A stretch of 64,000 nucleotides of DNA, taken from positions 18,834 to 82,833 of IMG/VR virus record IMGVR_UViG_3300033553_000478; one strand, 5' to 3'. The notes below the pieces were generated by a model, which saw only the letters and a list, made by a program, of their open reading frames with translations, did not search any database and was not told where the DNA came from. The translations under genes were made by a program, and so were the position numbers. This document shows, one piece after another, positions 55,096 to 64,000 of the stretch (the first letter of the stretch is position 1; each line of letters opens with the position of its first letter). This DNA is from a virus.

Positions 55096-57138
55096 TTACA
55101 TCCTTCCAAGTATCTGCATCCATTTGGAAGCAAGTTCCTGATTCTTCTTATAACTTAAAGAACCTTCCTGAAGATCTTGGTTCATGTTGGTAAGCCACTT
55201 ACCAATTAGAGCCTGTGGATCATTACCCTGAGCATAATTCTTGAATTCTTCTTCAACACCTCCAGTGATCATCGCGGAAGTAAATAATTCATTGTCGATC
55301 GCTTTCTGAACTGTTTCCGGATAAATATTTTTATCTCCTTGAGGATTCTGTTCATCACGTCGGTATGAATTATTCAGGTAATCGAAAGCCATATAGAAAG
55401 CTTTCATCTCATTGTACCTGTTCTCCTGGCCACCGCTATTTTCCCCGAAGAAGTTTTCACCCTCTGCCTTAAACATAGGATCCTTGAAAACTTTTTGTTC
55501 AAGTTGGTTTTTGGTGCCTTCAAATAAAATCTGTTCCTCTTTAGTATTGGCAGATATCTGGGCGATAGCTTGAGCGGAAACATTTTCCTGCTTCACAGTA
55601 TCGGTAAGATCATCGTACTTCCCAAGGATAGCACTCATCTTAGTTTTGATATGAGGCTTGCTAAGATCAATTTCCTTGTAGAATAGGTTTCCGTCTTTAT
55701 CTTCCAGGGCAACCACTGTAGTCATTCCAGCTTCAGAAGTGTAGCCTTTGTCGATTTTCTCGGTGTTTTCTTTATCAAGTTCACCATCATTATCGTAAGC
55801 ATTTATAAGTAAGGCATCATTGCCATCACTTGCCATTTTGGATTTAAGAGCTGTGGTAACTCCCACAACTTTAAAGTTACCTTTATGATCAGCTGGATCC
55901 AGTTTATTATCACCGGTAAGCTTCACACCATCCATACGATACATATCCTCTGTAGGAGTGAAATCAATAACACTTCCACCTTCCAGCTTAAATCCTAAAC
56001 CTTCTTTACCGAAAATAGCATCAGCAAACATAGCCTCGTTACCTTCCATTACAGCGTAAGATTCTTTCAATCCTACTTTATCCTTGAATAAAGTTTCAGC
56101 GAAACCACCAGGTACCATATTCAATCCTATATCTGTGATATCGAAACCTTCCTCTGAAAGAGAACGCTTGTAAGCTTTAGGTTGGAATTTGTTTCCAAGC
56201 AGCTTTCCGATCGTAGGATCAGATTTGCGTAAATTATCGATAAGGTTACCTTCATACTTGCCATTGATATCTGCAACGGTTAAACCTGCAGGTATCTTGG
56301 ATTTAAGAACGTTCAGCTCATTCAGGTAGCTGATAGTTCCTTCATCTTTTTTATTGGTTGAGGTCTTCTTATCGTAAGCAGCTTTCTCCTGGTCAGCGAT
56401 CATCTTTTGGCGAAGCATTGTTGTATTGCTACCTTGACCACCATATCCCATCTTCTTAGCGAAAGCTACAAGCTTTACATAATCTTCCGGGTTCTTTTGT
56501 GGATCCAATTCAGGTGCATCCGGATTCTGAATTTTATAATTCCCCATAATCTTCATTAGGTTGGAATTGTAGCTCAGAATATTATTGATAGGAATTTCAG
56601 TGCCATAATCGAAATTAGCTGAAGGTGGAATTTCCACCTCAGTCATCATTCCGGAATAAGAAATAGGACCACCATCTTCATTGTTCTGATAAGCTTCCAT
56701 TGCTTCAATATCTCTGGGAGCTAAAAGATGGCCGAAACCTTTTTCTTTTATCTCGAGTATTTTTGCAAGGTTCTTTTTATTCTCCTTGTACTGGTTCGCT
56801 TCATCAGATTGAATAATACCGTTCTGGATATCACCAAGGACATTGATTCCACCCTGAGCCATAAAGTCCTTACGTGAACCACCTGTTTGAGACAGGTGTT
56901 CACGAATTGTTTTCTGAGCCAATACAATCTTTTGATTGATTTTCTTCCTATCCTTATCGAGCATTTGATCAGCAGTCTGATACATTTTATCATAGAACAT
57001 TTGTTCCTGTTGCTGAGCTTGGATCTCTGCCACTTTATCTGATTCGATATTTTGTGACATTCGCTCTAAAACACTAAGGTCACGAATTTTACTTTCGCGA
57101 TCCTGGGTGCCTCCTGTAAGTCCTATTAAACCATTCAT
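55096..57138 (-). CDS. Putative ejection/cargo virion protein
   Basis: 680 aa between muzzle and vRNAP genes; positional. Confidence 0.6.
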   Translation of the reverse strand: MNGLIGLTGGTQDRESKIRDLSVLERMSQNIESDKVAEIQAQQQEQMFYDKMYQTADQMLDKDRKKINQKIVLAQKTIREHLSQTGGSRKDFMAQGGINVLGDIQNGIIQSDEANQYKENKKNLAKILEIKEKGFGHLLAPRDIEAMEAYQNNEDGGPISYSGMMTEVEIPPSANFDYGTEIPINNILSYNSNLMKIMGNYKIQNPDAPELDPQKNPEDYVKLVAFAKKMGYGGQGSNTTMLRQKMIADQEKAAYDKKTSTNKKDEGTISYLNELNVLKSKIPAGLTVADINGKYEGNLIDNLRKSDPTIGKLLGNKFQPKAYKRSLSEEGFDITDIGLNMVPGGFAETLFKDKVGLKESYAVMEGNEAMFADAIFGKEGLGFKLEGGSVIDFTPTEDMYRMDGVKLTGDNKLDPADHKGNFKVVGVTTALKSKMASDGNDALLINAYDNDGELDKENTEKIDKGYTSEAGMTTVVALEDKDGNLFYKEIDLSKPHIKTKMSAILGKYDDLTDTVKQENVSAQAIAQISANTKEEQILFEGTKNQLEQKVFKDPMFKAEGENFFGENSGGQENRYNEMKAFYMAFDYLNNSYRRDEQNPQGDKNIYPETVQKAIDNELFTSAMITGGVEEEFKNYAQGNDPQALIGKWLTNMNQDLQEGSLSYKKNQELASKWMQILGRM

Positions 57139-57141
57139 AGC

Positions 57142-59649
57142 TTATTGTGTATTGTTAAGGTTGGCTAATTTTTCTAAAGCTTCGTTCATAAATCCATTGT
57201 CTGCTACTGCAGTTTCAGGTTGAACAGATGGCTGTCCTATTCCCGGAGCTCCAAGTAATCCCTGGGGCTGAATTGTGGGAGTAGCTAATATTGGAGCAAC
57301 TGGCTTCAATTCGTTTACTGTGGAAACTGTAGGCTGTACAGCTTCTTTTCTGCTAACAGATAATAAACCGAAATCATCTTGCTTCAATGCAACATCCATA
57401 TTGTCCATTTTAACCTTCGCTGGATCCACATTCGGATTTTTAGAAAGATAGTCTATGAATTTAAACCTGCTCTTTTCGTCGGTATTATTCTCAAAGAATT
57501 GACCGGCCAGATTTTTCTGAGAAGGATTAAGAGAATTTAATTTTTGGTGGTACTCACTGGTTATACCGAATTTTTCCTGATCAGCAGCTTTCTGCTTATC
57601 GAAATAACTTTTGGTACCCGGAGTATCACCCAGACCATTATCCTTAGCCTTTGGATTGAAACCAAACATTTTCTGCATAAGGTGTGCCTCATACATAGAA
57701 TTGATGCTCCCCGGTCCATTCTCCTTCTGGTATTTAATACCTTCAACCATTTGAGCGAAACCAGCTGTGGCTAAAGCTCTACCATCTTGCTGTCGTTGAA
57801 TACCCTGTTGATATTTAATAGAATGATTTGCAACGTCCCTGCGGGCATCAAATTCATTCTTATATCGGATAGCTTCACCATATTGCTGAAACGCTTTCTC
57901 TTTGGCTTCGTAGTCCGCAAGACCTATATCAATGATACCTTTGTTCCTTGCGGTTTCAAGTTGCCCCTGGTTACCAAGTACCAAAGCTCTGTTTCCTCCG
58001 GAAGCATTTTTGATATTCTCCAATCCACCTTGATAAGCTTCAGCAAGCTTTGTATTCATAGCAGCTTCCACCTCAGCTGGAAGACCTTCTTTTGAACGCT
58101 TGGCCAATTCAGAAGTAAACATTTTTACTGCCTGGGAAACCTCTTCAGTCCTTAATGGAATGTTGGCATTTTTAGCCTGTTCATTTCCAATCAGTCCAAG
58201 GGCCATTCCCATAACAGCATCTATTGGAAGTTCTCTCTTGGATTCAACTGGAGAAGTTGAACCATCCTTCACTCCGAGAAGTCCTAATTTTTGGTCAAAA
58301 TATTCATCTGCAGCGTTGGACTTTTCCAGACCAGGAGTTTCTGTTTTATCTTCAGTTTTAGCCGCTGAAGTTTCTTCTTTTTTATCTGCAGCTGTAGATT
58401 CTTCTGTAACAACCGGCTTTGGAATATCTGGTACCAGATTAGGATCAATTTTCTTAATCTCAGTATATCCTGTTGCACCAGCAATATTATCCCTTAAGCT
58501 TTTATCAAACACAAGATTTCCTTTTCGACTGTTTGGCTCTCCGCCAAAAAAGTCGAAAACACCAGCTACTTTATTTGAGAAGTTATCTACATCAAAATCA
58601 GTAAATCCTTTCACGTCAAATTTTTCACCAGTCACATCAGCATAAGATCCTTTTACAGCTTTGATATAATCCTGGGACTCTATATTGTAAATAAAGTTTT
58701 TTCCTCCGGAGATCTTAATGCCATTCTCTTTAGCGAACTGCTCAAACTCTTTTGCTTTTTTACCAGAACCAAGATTGATACTTCCCTGTTTCAGTTTGCT
58801 GCCATTCTTTCCTTTGTCAAAGAAAAAATCTGCCTGCTCGCCATACTCCAGAAGTTTCTCAAGCTTCTCTTTTTTACCTATAAGTTTTTCCTGAGCTTCA
58901 GTTTTATTAGTGGCATTCCTTCCATCTATGTAATCATTAACTACAGGTAGATACCCTTCAGCTTTATATTCAGATTGAAGTTCCTGGATCCTCTTATTTC
59001 TCTCACCTTTGGAAAGGTCCGGAGTAAAATGAATGATCGTATCAACTTTATTGAAATAGTCTTTAGCGATCTGCTCCTTTTCTTTTGGAGACATAACTTC
59101 AATATCAGTTACCTTTTTGGCACCGGTAGCTTCCAGAGCTGAATTGTATTTATTAAGATAACCCTTCATAGATACATTATCTACAGTGGCTCCGTTCACT
59201 CCTTTTTTAGTGGCTTCTCTATAAGCTTCTTTCCCGCCTGTAATAGCTTTGGTTGCTACTTCTGGTGATTGGAAATGAAAAAACACCGCTGCTTCTTCCA
59301 GGGTGAGTCCTTCAGGGTTTCCTTTACCAAGCGCTTTGTTTGCCTGAGGGATTATATCATTTTTTACATAGTGCCTGAAATAAGAATCCTGAAGAGATGG
59401 AGATCTTAAAAAATCTTCGTGGGTTTTAATATCATAGCCATTCTTTTTGGCGAAAGCGGTTATATCCTTCCACCAGTATTTTGGAACGAATTGATACTTA
59501 CCAAGCGCCTGCATATCAGGATTTGAGTTTTGCTTATTACGGGCAAGATATCCATCCTTTGCAGACTCAACTTTAGGTATACCGGTTTGAAGATTTTGAA
59601 CGATCTTATCGATAGCTTCTTCACTTAATTCATAAGGGGGCTTTGGCAT
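57142..59649 (-). CDS. Ejection/cargo protein with N-terminal lysozyme-like domain
   Basis: KVESAKDGYLARN...ALGKYQF...FLRSPSLQD muramidase/transglycosylase-like motif. Confidence 0.7.
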   Translation of the reverse strand: MPKPPYELSEEAIDKIVQNLQTGIPKVESAKDGYLARNKQNSNPDMQALGKYQFVPKYWWKDITAFAKKNGYDIKTHEDFLRSPSLQDSYFRHYVKNDIIPQANKALGKGNPEGLTLEEAAVFFHFQSPEVATKAITGGKEAYREATKKGVNGATVDNVSMKGYLNKYNSALEATGAKKVTDIEVMSPKEKEQIAKDYFNKVDTIIHFTPDLSKGERNKRIQELQSEYKAEGYLPVVNDYIDGRNATNKTEAQEKLIGKKEKLEKLLEYGEQADFFFDKGKNGSKLKQGSINLGSGKKAKEFEQFAKENGIKISGGKNFIYNIESQDYIKAVKGSYADVTGEKFDVKGFTDFDVDNFSNKVAGVFDFFGGEPNSRKGNLVFDKSLRDNIAGATGYTEIKKIDPNLVPDIPKPVVTEESTAADKKEETSAAKTEDKTETPGLEKSNAADEYFDQKLGLLGVKDGSTSPVESKRELPIDAVMGMALGLIGNEQAKNANIPLRTEEVSQAVKMFTSELAKRSKEGLPAEVEAAMNTKLAEAYQGGLENIKNASGGNRALVLGNQGQLETARNKGIIDIGLADYEAKEKAFQQYGEAIRYKNEFDARRDVANHSIKYQQGIQRQQDGRALATAGFAQMVEGIKYQKENGPGSINSMYEAHLMQKMFGFNPKAKDNGLGDTPGTKSYFDKQKAADQEKFGITSEYHQKLNSLNPSQKNLAGQFFENNTDEKSRFKFIDYLSKNPNVDPAKVKMDNMDVALKQDDFGLLSVSRKEAVQPTVSTVNELKPVAPILATPTIQPQGLLGAPGIGQPSVQPETAVADNGFMNEALEKLANLNNTQ

Positions 59650-59659
59650 GATTTCTAAT

Positions 59660-60271
59660 TTATGATATTAAACCTAATTGTTTTTCGCGTAAAGCTTTCA
59701 GTCCGTCCATAGAGACAAGGCCCTCAGATATAGCGTAAGTTTCTTTTGCTTCAGCATCCTCAATAGCATCATTTTTCAAATTATACTTCTTACGATTGTC
59801 GTAGTATTTCTTTTTAGCATCATTATGAGCTACTGCAGAAATACCACCGCCAACTGCTGCTCCTATTGCCATACCCCAAGGGCCTGCAACCTGTCCGAGT
59901 TGCGCTCCTTGGGCAGCTCCCTGCATAATAGCTCCACCAGCTTTACCTACTCCACCTCCCTCAGCTGAAGTATCAAACTGTCCTCCCTGAGCATTACTGA
60001 GCAATCCCATTGCGGCTGGCGCAGCATCCATAACAGCTCCCATTGCTCCCGCGGCTTTACCTCCTGAAGCGGCACCGCTATCTGAAGATACTGAAGCTTT
60101 TAGATCATCCGTACTGGCTAATCCTTCTGCTCCGATATTTGGTTTAGGACCTGCAACTATACCTCCAGGTTTTAAAGAAGAAACTGCCTGAACTTGTGGT
60201 CTTGGGCGTTTTAAAGGTTCTCCCTCTGTTGCGGGAAACCTTTTTAAGAAATCGTCTAATGCTGAATCCAT
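59660..60271 (-). CDS. Gly/Ala-rich ejection (pilot/cargo) protein
   Basis: GAAQGAQLGQVAGPWGMAIGAAVGGGISAV glycine-zipper-like segment. Confidence 0.65.
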   Translation of the reverse strand: MDSALDDFLKRFPATEGEPLKRPRPQVQAVSSLKPGGIVAGPKPNIGAEGLASTDDLKASVSSDSGAASGGKAAGAMGAVMDAAPAAMGLLSNAQGGQFDTSAEGGGVGKAGGAIMQGAAQGAQLGQVAGPWGMAIGAAVGGGISAVAHNDAKKKYYDNRKKYNLKNDAIEDAEAKETYAISEGLVSMDGLKALREKQLGLIS

Positions 60272-60287
60272 TTTTCTGAGGGGTTTT

Positions 60288-60316
60288 TGTCACAATTATA
60301 CCATATAATTGTGACA
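60288..60316. repeat. Perfect 13-bp inverted repeat
   Basis: TGTCACAATTATA-cca-TATAATTGTGACA, intergenic. Confidence 0.8.
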
Positions 60317-60327
60317 GATTTTTCTTT

Positions 60328-63300
60328 CTATTGATGACTAAACCTGAGGCTGTTGATTACGGCTAAGATATCAACTTTTGCTTTATTTATACTTTCTGCA
60401 GTAACTTCTACTGATATCCAATTACCTCTTAAATCTGCTAACTCTACTTCAGAGATAGCTTCATTTTTAGTTGGAATTGAATGATTCCCTTCCCTGAATT
60501 TATATCCCGGGTGATTACCTAAAACAAATCTTGTTTGGCCAAGACTTGTTTTATATAGTACCTGACGAACCGGATATTTCATAGAAGTAACAAGGCCTGT
60601 CTGTGCATACTGAAAAACTTTATCAACCTGTGAGTTGACTATTATCTCATATTTGAAAAGCTTCTGCTGGCTAAATAAATTAAGCGGATCTCCTTCATTT
60701 AATTGATGCAGTACGTGGTTCATATTGCGTACCGGAGCATAAAGCTTTTTATCAAAATTGATGTAAAGATCATTATTATACTCATACTCTCCATTGAAAC
60801 AATCTAACATTTCATTGTAAGATAGCAATATAGATTTGCCACTGGCACATCTTATCCGGATACAGGTTTCTTTATGCTTCTGATCAAAGAAAGCTTCAGT
60901 ATCTACAATACGATCTGTTTTACACTGGTCCCAGAAGTCCAGGTGAAGAAGCTTTGCAGCAAGCATAGGTTTGTCAATCTTCACGAATTCAATATGTTTT
61001 TCGTCAAAGAATGAGAAACCAAAATCACTCTCGGCTACAGCTCGTCGAATAGAAGTTCCGTAGTTACTCAAAATCTTATGACCATCTACAACGGTACCGG
61101 ATCCCTGTTTCAGATTTATTGGGGTTCCATCTGCATCAGAAATAATTCTATCGGTACCTATGTAGATTAGGGAAGTCTGGTCTTCCTGAATAGCGAAAAT
61201 ATCTTCTTTATGCCTAATAATATTTGAAATATCACCTTTGTTCTTTTCAAGCTCTGCATAGAAGTTATTCGGCTTAAACATCGTCCAGGCGTCATAAGTT
61301 TCTCCGGCAAGCTTAACATCTGAAACAGCGATCACATTCCCCATATTTGGATCATCCTTAAACTTGAAAGGTTTAGGAATGAATTGCTTCATATTGTTTT
61401 CATTGAAGTAAGCTTCATTGATTACTTCGGGCTTTTGCAAATCAAATTTGTGGCTTCCACTCTGTCTGTAGAATTCATATCCATAAGTAAGCTTTGGTTC
61501 TACCTGAGTTTCCAGAACTGTAACATAGTTCCAGGCTCCGTGCCTAAGCCAGGTAGTAATTTCACCTTTAGCTCTACCACCACCAGCATTATCGAATTCT
61601 ATTTCTTCGATAGTAGCTTCTCCTGCATCATTCTTTGTCCGGATATTTAAAGTCATATAGGTATCAGCTCCACAATCAAAAGACTGTATCCCTGTATTTT
61701 TAGATACAGGGATAGTTCTGCTTAAAGGAATAAATACGTTTCGGCTGTAAGCCTGTTCAGTACGTCCACCGTACACTGAAGTCCTGTTGTTACGATAAAT
61801 ATTGATAAGAGGATATGTATCATAAACTAATTTGTCTGATCCGTCAAGCCTTATTTCACCTTCAACATTGTGTACATTCGGACCAATGAAACTATCAGTA
61901 AATAGATCTACTGAAGTTCTAATGATCGTAGTTTTATAACCCGGAGAAGTAATTGCGTGCCCCCATAAATCTGCTCTTGGTCTTCCATCCTGATCATCCC
62001 ATCTTCTTTGGTATGAACTATAATACCAAGGCATACAAGGCAATACCATTGCATTATTTGAGATATCGTGATCAATATCAAAAGCATCCCCGGAGATTAC
62101 TTCCCCGCGGCCCATTGTCCTGCTCCTGTCAATTATAAATTCCTGCTTAGGAATGTTGAGGTATTTAGCAAAAACAGAAACATTTATAAAATAAGATTCG
62201 GTAGTTCCTGACTCTCTATCTTCTCTGGCTGCTCTTGGCAATCCCTCAACGTGGGTATCTCCATCAATCTGCTCTTCTAATATTTTCCTTGAAAATTTAG
62301 GATACTTCTCATTAAGGCCTCCATAGCCTCCATGGTTCATTATTACTCTGGGAGTGTGATCAGTATTTAGTTTTGCAATAACATTTAACCTGGAACTGGA
62401 TAAATACTGATCTGAGATCTTGTTATAATACAAGTCCGGAGAATCGAAATACATCAATCTTCTGTTTGTGATTATTCGTTCAAGATATCCATCTCCCTGA
62501 TAATTATAATTTTCACCATTCTGATCATATTGATTTAATGGATCTCTTTCATAAACAGGACCTCCATAATAAGGCAAGTTCCATTTATTCTGAATTTCCG
62601 TTGGCATTCTATGGTGATCATCACCATTAGTCTGAGTTCTTTGCAATGGAGCTGCAATACCCTGACAGAGGATTGTCCTGTTATCTTCTGTACGCTCAAC
62701 GTAAAGTATCTGGTACATAGATATAAGTTTCTGCATTTCGCAGCTTAAACGCACCTCTATGTGCATTTTAATTCCGTGGCCATACAAAATACCATTCTCT
62801 ACAGATTGGTTTGTGTAGGTTTTGGAAGTGATCACCGGGTTCCCCTGGTTATCTACAGAAGAAATAAGATCTCCTATCTCTGGTATCATCAAATCACCAC
62901 AAGGAATTGAGAAGTATCTACTGGAAGCAGGATCGTAAGCCTGGAAAGCCAATCTATATATTTCTCCTTTCATACAGTACTTCTCACCTGAGGGTACCAT
63001 ATAATCCAAAAGCTTACCGGTTCCATCATAAACCGAAGTAGCCTGCTTTAAAAGAGGCTCTTTAAATTCCCGGTAAGTAACTCTTATTCCGTTCCCTTGG
63101 TTAAATCCAATAGATTCCGCACCGTGAACCATCTTGAAAGTATTTACTGCCGGAGCAAGGAATACAAGATTATTTTTAAAGTTTTCGATGAACTGGTCAT
63201 TGTTCGACTCGAATACATAATTTGATAAGTCTGTTTGCACAGTATCATCAATTGGAGAAAGTAGTAACTGGCCATCGTTGTTTTGAACTTTTAAGTTTGG

Positions 63301-63999
63301 AAACAGGATGTTGAAATTTGGATCATTCTGTTGCTTTCCAGTTAACCAGGTAATTACTTCAGGCATAATGCTTGAATAATTTTCCAAGGTAAGAAGTGGA
63401 AAGTCTATACTGATGGAAAGGTCTACAAGCTTATTTGTAAACTTTAGTGTACACGGCCCGAAAGAAGATATAGTTTCATACTTCTTTTGTTTTACATAAA
63501 TCAACTTCTGAGTATTGGTTGGATCGATATAACGATATTCCCAAGGCTCAGGGTTCATTAACGTATTAAAGGTCTCTCCATTCTTTTTCCAGCTATGAAG
63601 CGGAAAAAGATATTCTAAGTTTTGTATCTGGGTTGGCACAGGATTATTTCTAAGTCCTGCAGCAATAAGCTTATTCTTTTTGGAAGTGAAGTCATTACAA
63701 TATTTCCAGGTGTTTTTAAATTCAAGGATATCATTGATTGTAATGTTATCTGAGAATTCAGGTTCATTTCCAAAGTGTTGGAATTCTACCACATTAGAAG
63801 CTCTCTTTATTCCTAAATTTCTGATAGCAGTAGGTATGCCTTTGGCTTCAAATTCTACAGCAATACATTCTACCTCAGCTGAGGTTTCTGGATTGATAAG
63901 ATTGATTTTAATCTTAGCCATTTTCCCGGTAGTTTCTCCGTAGTTACCACCTCTAAACCTGATATCTTCATTTTCAGGAAGAATATCAGCATAAAAAGA
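60328..63999 (-). CDS. Tail muzzle / stabilisation protein (partial; frame open to window end)
   Basis: More than 1220 aa, beta-rich; C-terminal LRGNWISVEV; precedes cargo genes as in crAss-like phages; frame stays open upstream of ATG 63921. Confidence 0.7.
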   Translation of the reverse strand, partial: SFYADILPENEDIRFRGGNYGETTGKMAKIKINLINPETSAEVECIAVEFEAKGIPTAIRNLGIKRASNVVEFQHFGNEPEFSDNITINDILEFKNTWKYCNDFTSKKNKLIAAGLRNNPVPTQIQNLEYLFPLHSWKKNGETFNTLMNPEPWEYRYIDPTNTQKLIYVKQKKYETISSFGPCTLKFTNKLVDLSISIDFPLLTLENYSSIMPEVITWLTGKQQNDPNFNILFPNLKVQNNDGQLLLSPIDDTVQTDLSNYVFESNNDQFIENFKNNLVFLAPAVNTFKMVHGAESIGFNQGNGIRVTYREFKEPLLKQATSVYDGTGKLLDYMVPSGEKYCMKGEIYRLAFQAYDPASSRYFSIPCGDLMIPEIGDLISSVDNQGNPVITSKTYTNQSVENGILYGHGIKMHIEVRLSCEMQKLISMYQILYVERTEDNRTILCQGIAAPLQRTQTNGDDHHRMPTEIQNKWNLPYYGGPVYERDPLNQYDQNGENYNYQGDGYLERIITNRRLMYFDSPDLYYNKISDQYLSSSRLNVIAKLNTDHTPRVIMNHGGYGGLNEKYPKFSRKILEEQIDGDTHVEGLPRAAREDRESGTTESYFINVSVFAKYLNIPKQEFIIDRSRTMGRGEVISGDAFDIDHDISNNAMVLPCMPWYYSSYQRRWDDQDGRPRADLWGHAITSPGYKTTIIRTSVDLFTDSFIGPNVHNVEGEIRLDGSDKLVYDTYPLINIYRNNRTSVYGGRTEQAYSRNVFIPLSRTIPVSKNTGIQSFDCGADTYMTLNIRTKNDAGEATIEEIEFDNAGGGRAKGEITTWLRHGAWNYVTVLETQVEPKLTYGYEFYRQSGSHKFDLQKPEVINEAYFNENNMKQFIPKPFKFKDDPNMGNVIAVSDVKLAGETYDAWTMFKPNNFYAELEKNKGDISNIIRHKEDIFAIQEDQTSLIYIGTDRIISDADGTPINLKQGSGTVVDGHKILSNYGTSIRRAVAESDFGFSFFDEKHIEFVKIDKPMLAAKLLHLDFWDQCKTDRIVDTEAFFDQKHKETCIRIRCASGKSILLSYNEMLDCFNGEYEYNNDLYINFDKKLYAPVRNMNHVLHQLNEGDPLNLFSQQKLFKYEIIVNSQVDKVFQYAQTGLVTSMKYPVRQVLYKTSLGQTRFVLGNHPGYKFREGNHSIPTKNEAISEVELADLRGNWISVEVTAESINKAKVDILAVINSLRFSHQ

Positions 64000-64000
64000 G

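Noticed and set aside
43327-63943. Numerous short plus-strand ORFs
   Set aside because: Antisense shadows of the long virion genes
1-64000. Stop-codon reassignment (TAG/TGA) as seen in some crAss-like phages
   Set aside because: Very long ORFs (3901, 1197, 868 aa) are intact in the standard code, and TAG/TGA end genes at sensible, coupled boundaries
1-64000. Integrase, transposase, intron or intein
   Set aside because: No such motifs recognised; terL and dnaB have normal lengths

Overview
This 64 kb window is part of a large dsDNA phage genome with crAss-like (Crassvirales-type) architecture. The host is probably a Bacteroidota/Flavobacteriaceae member, judged from TAnnTTTG promoter boxes, AT-rich SD-less starts and a Bacteroidota-like DnaB. 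Long ORFs are intact in the standard code. Block 1 (1-11607, minus strand): portal (partial), terminase, KTSC protein, GroEL, a GroES-like protein, candidate Tad2 and Acb2/Tad1-like anti-defence proteins, a DEDDh exonuclease and an atypical 105-nt tRNA-like gene. Block 2 (11861-43082, mostly plus strand): small early genes, a RepL-like gene with a repeat-rich origin-like region, RadC/JAB, an SF2 helicase-adenine MTase fusion, a ubiquitin-like PRTRC cassette (E-C-F?-B-ThiF), DnaB, HU-like proteins, an SSB whose acidic DDLPF tail is in the -1 frame, Dda-like helicase, 5'-3' exonuclease, a PAPS-reductase-family protein and a MazG-like protein. I recognise no DNA polymerase or primase in it. Block 3 (43298-64000, minus strand): a 3901-aa virion RNA polymerase (DNDGD motif), ejection/cargo proteins and a partial tail muzzle/stabilisation gene. 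The top leads are the phage-borne ubiquitin-like conjugation cassette inside the replication module and a candidate programmed -1 frameshift giving two SSB isoforms. All family calls come from motifs recognised by eye; no database search was run.
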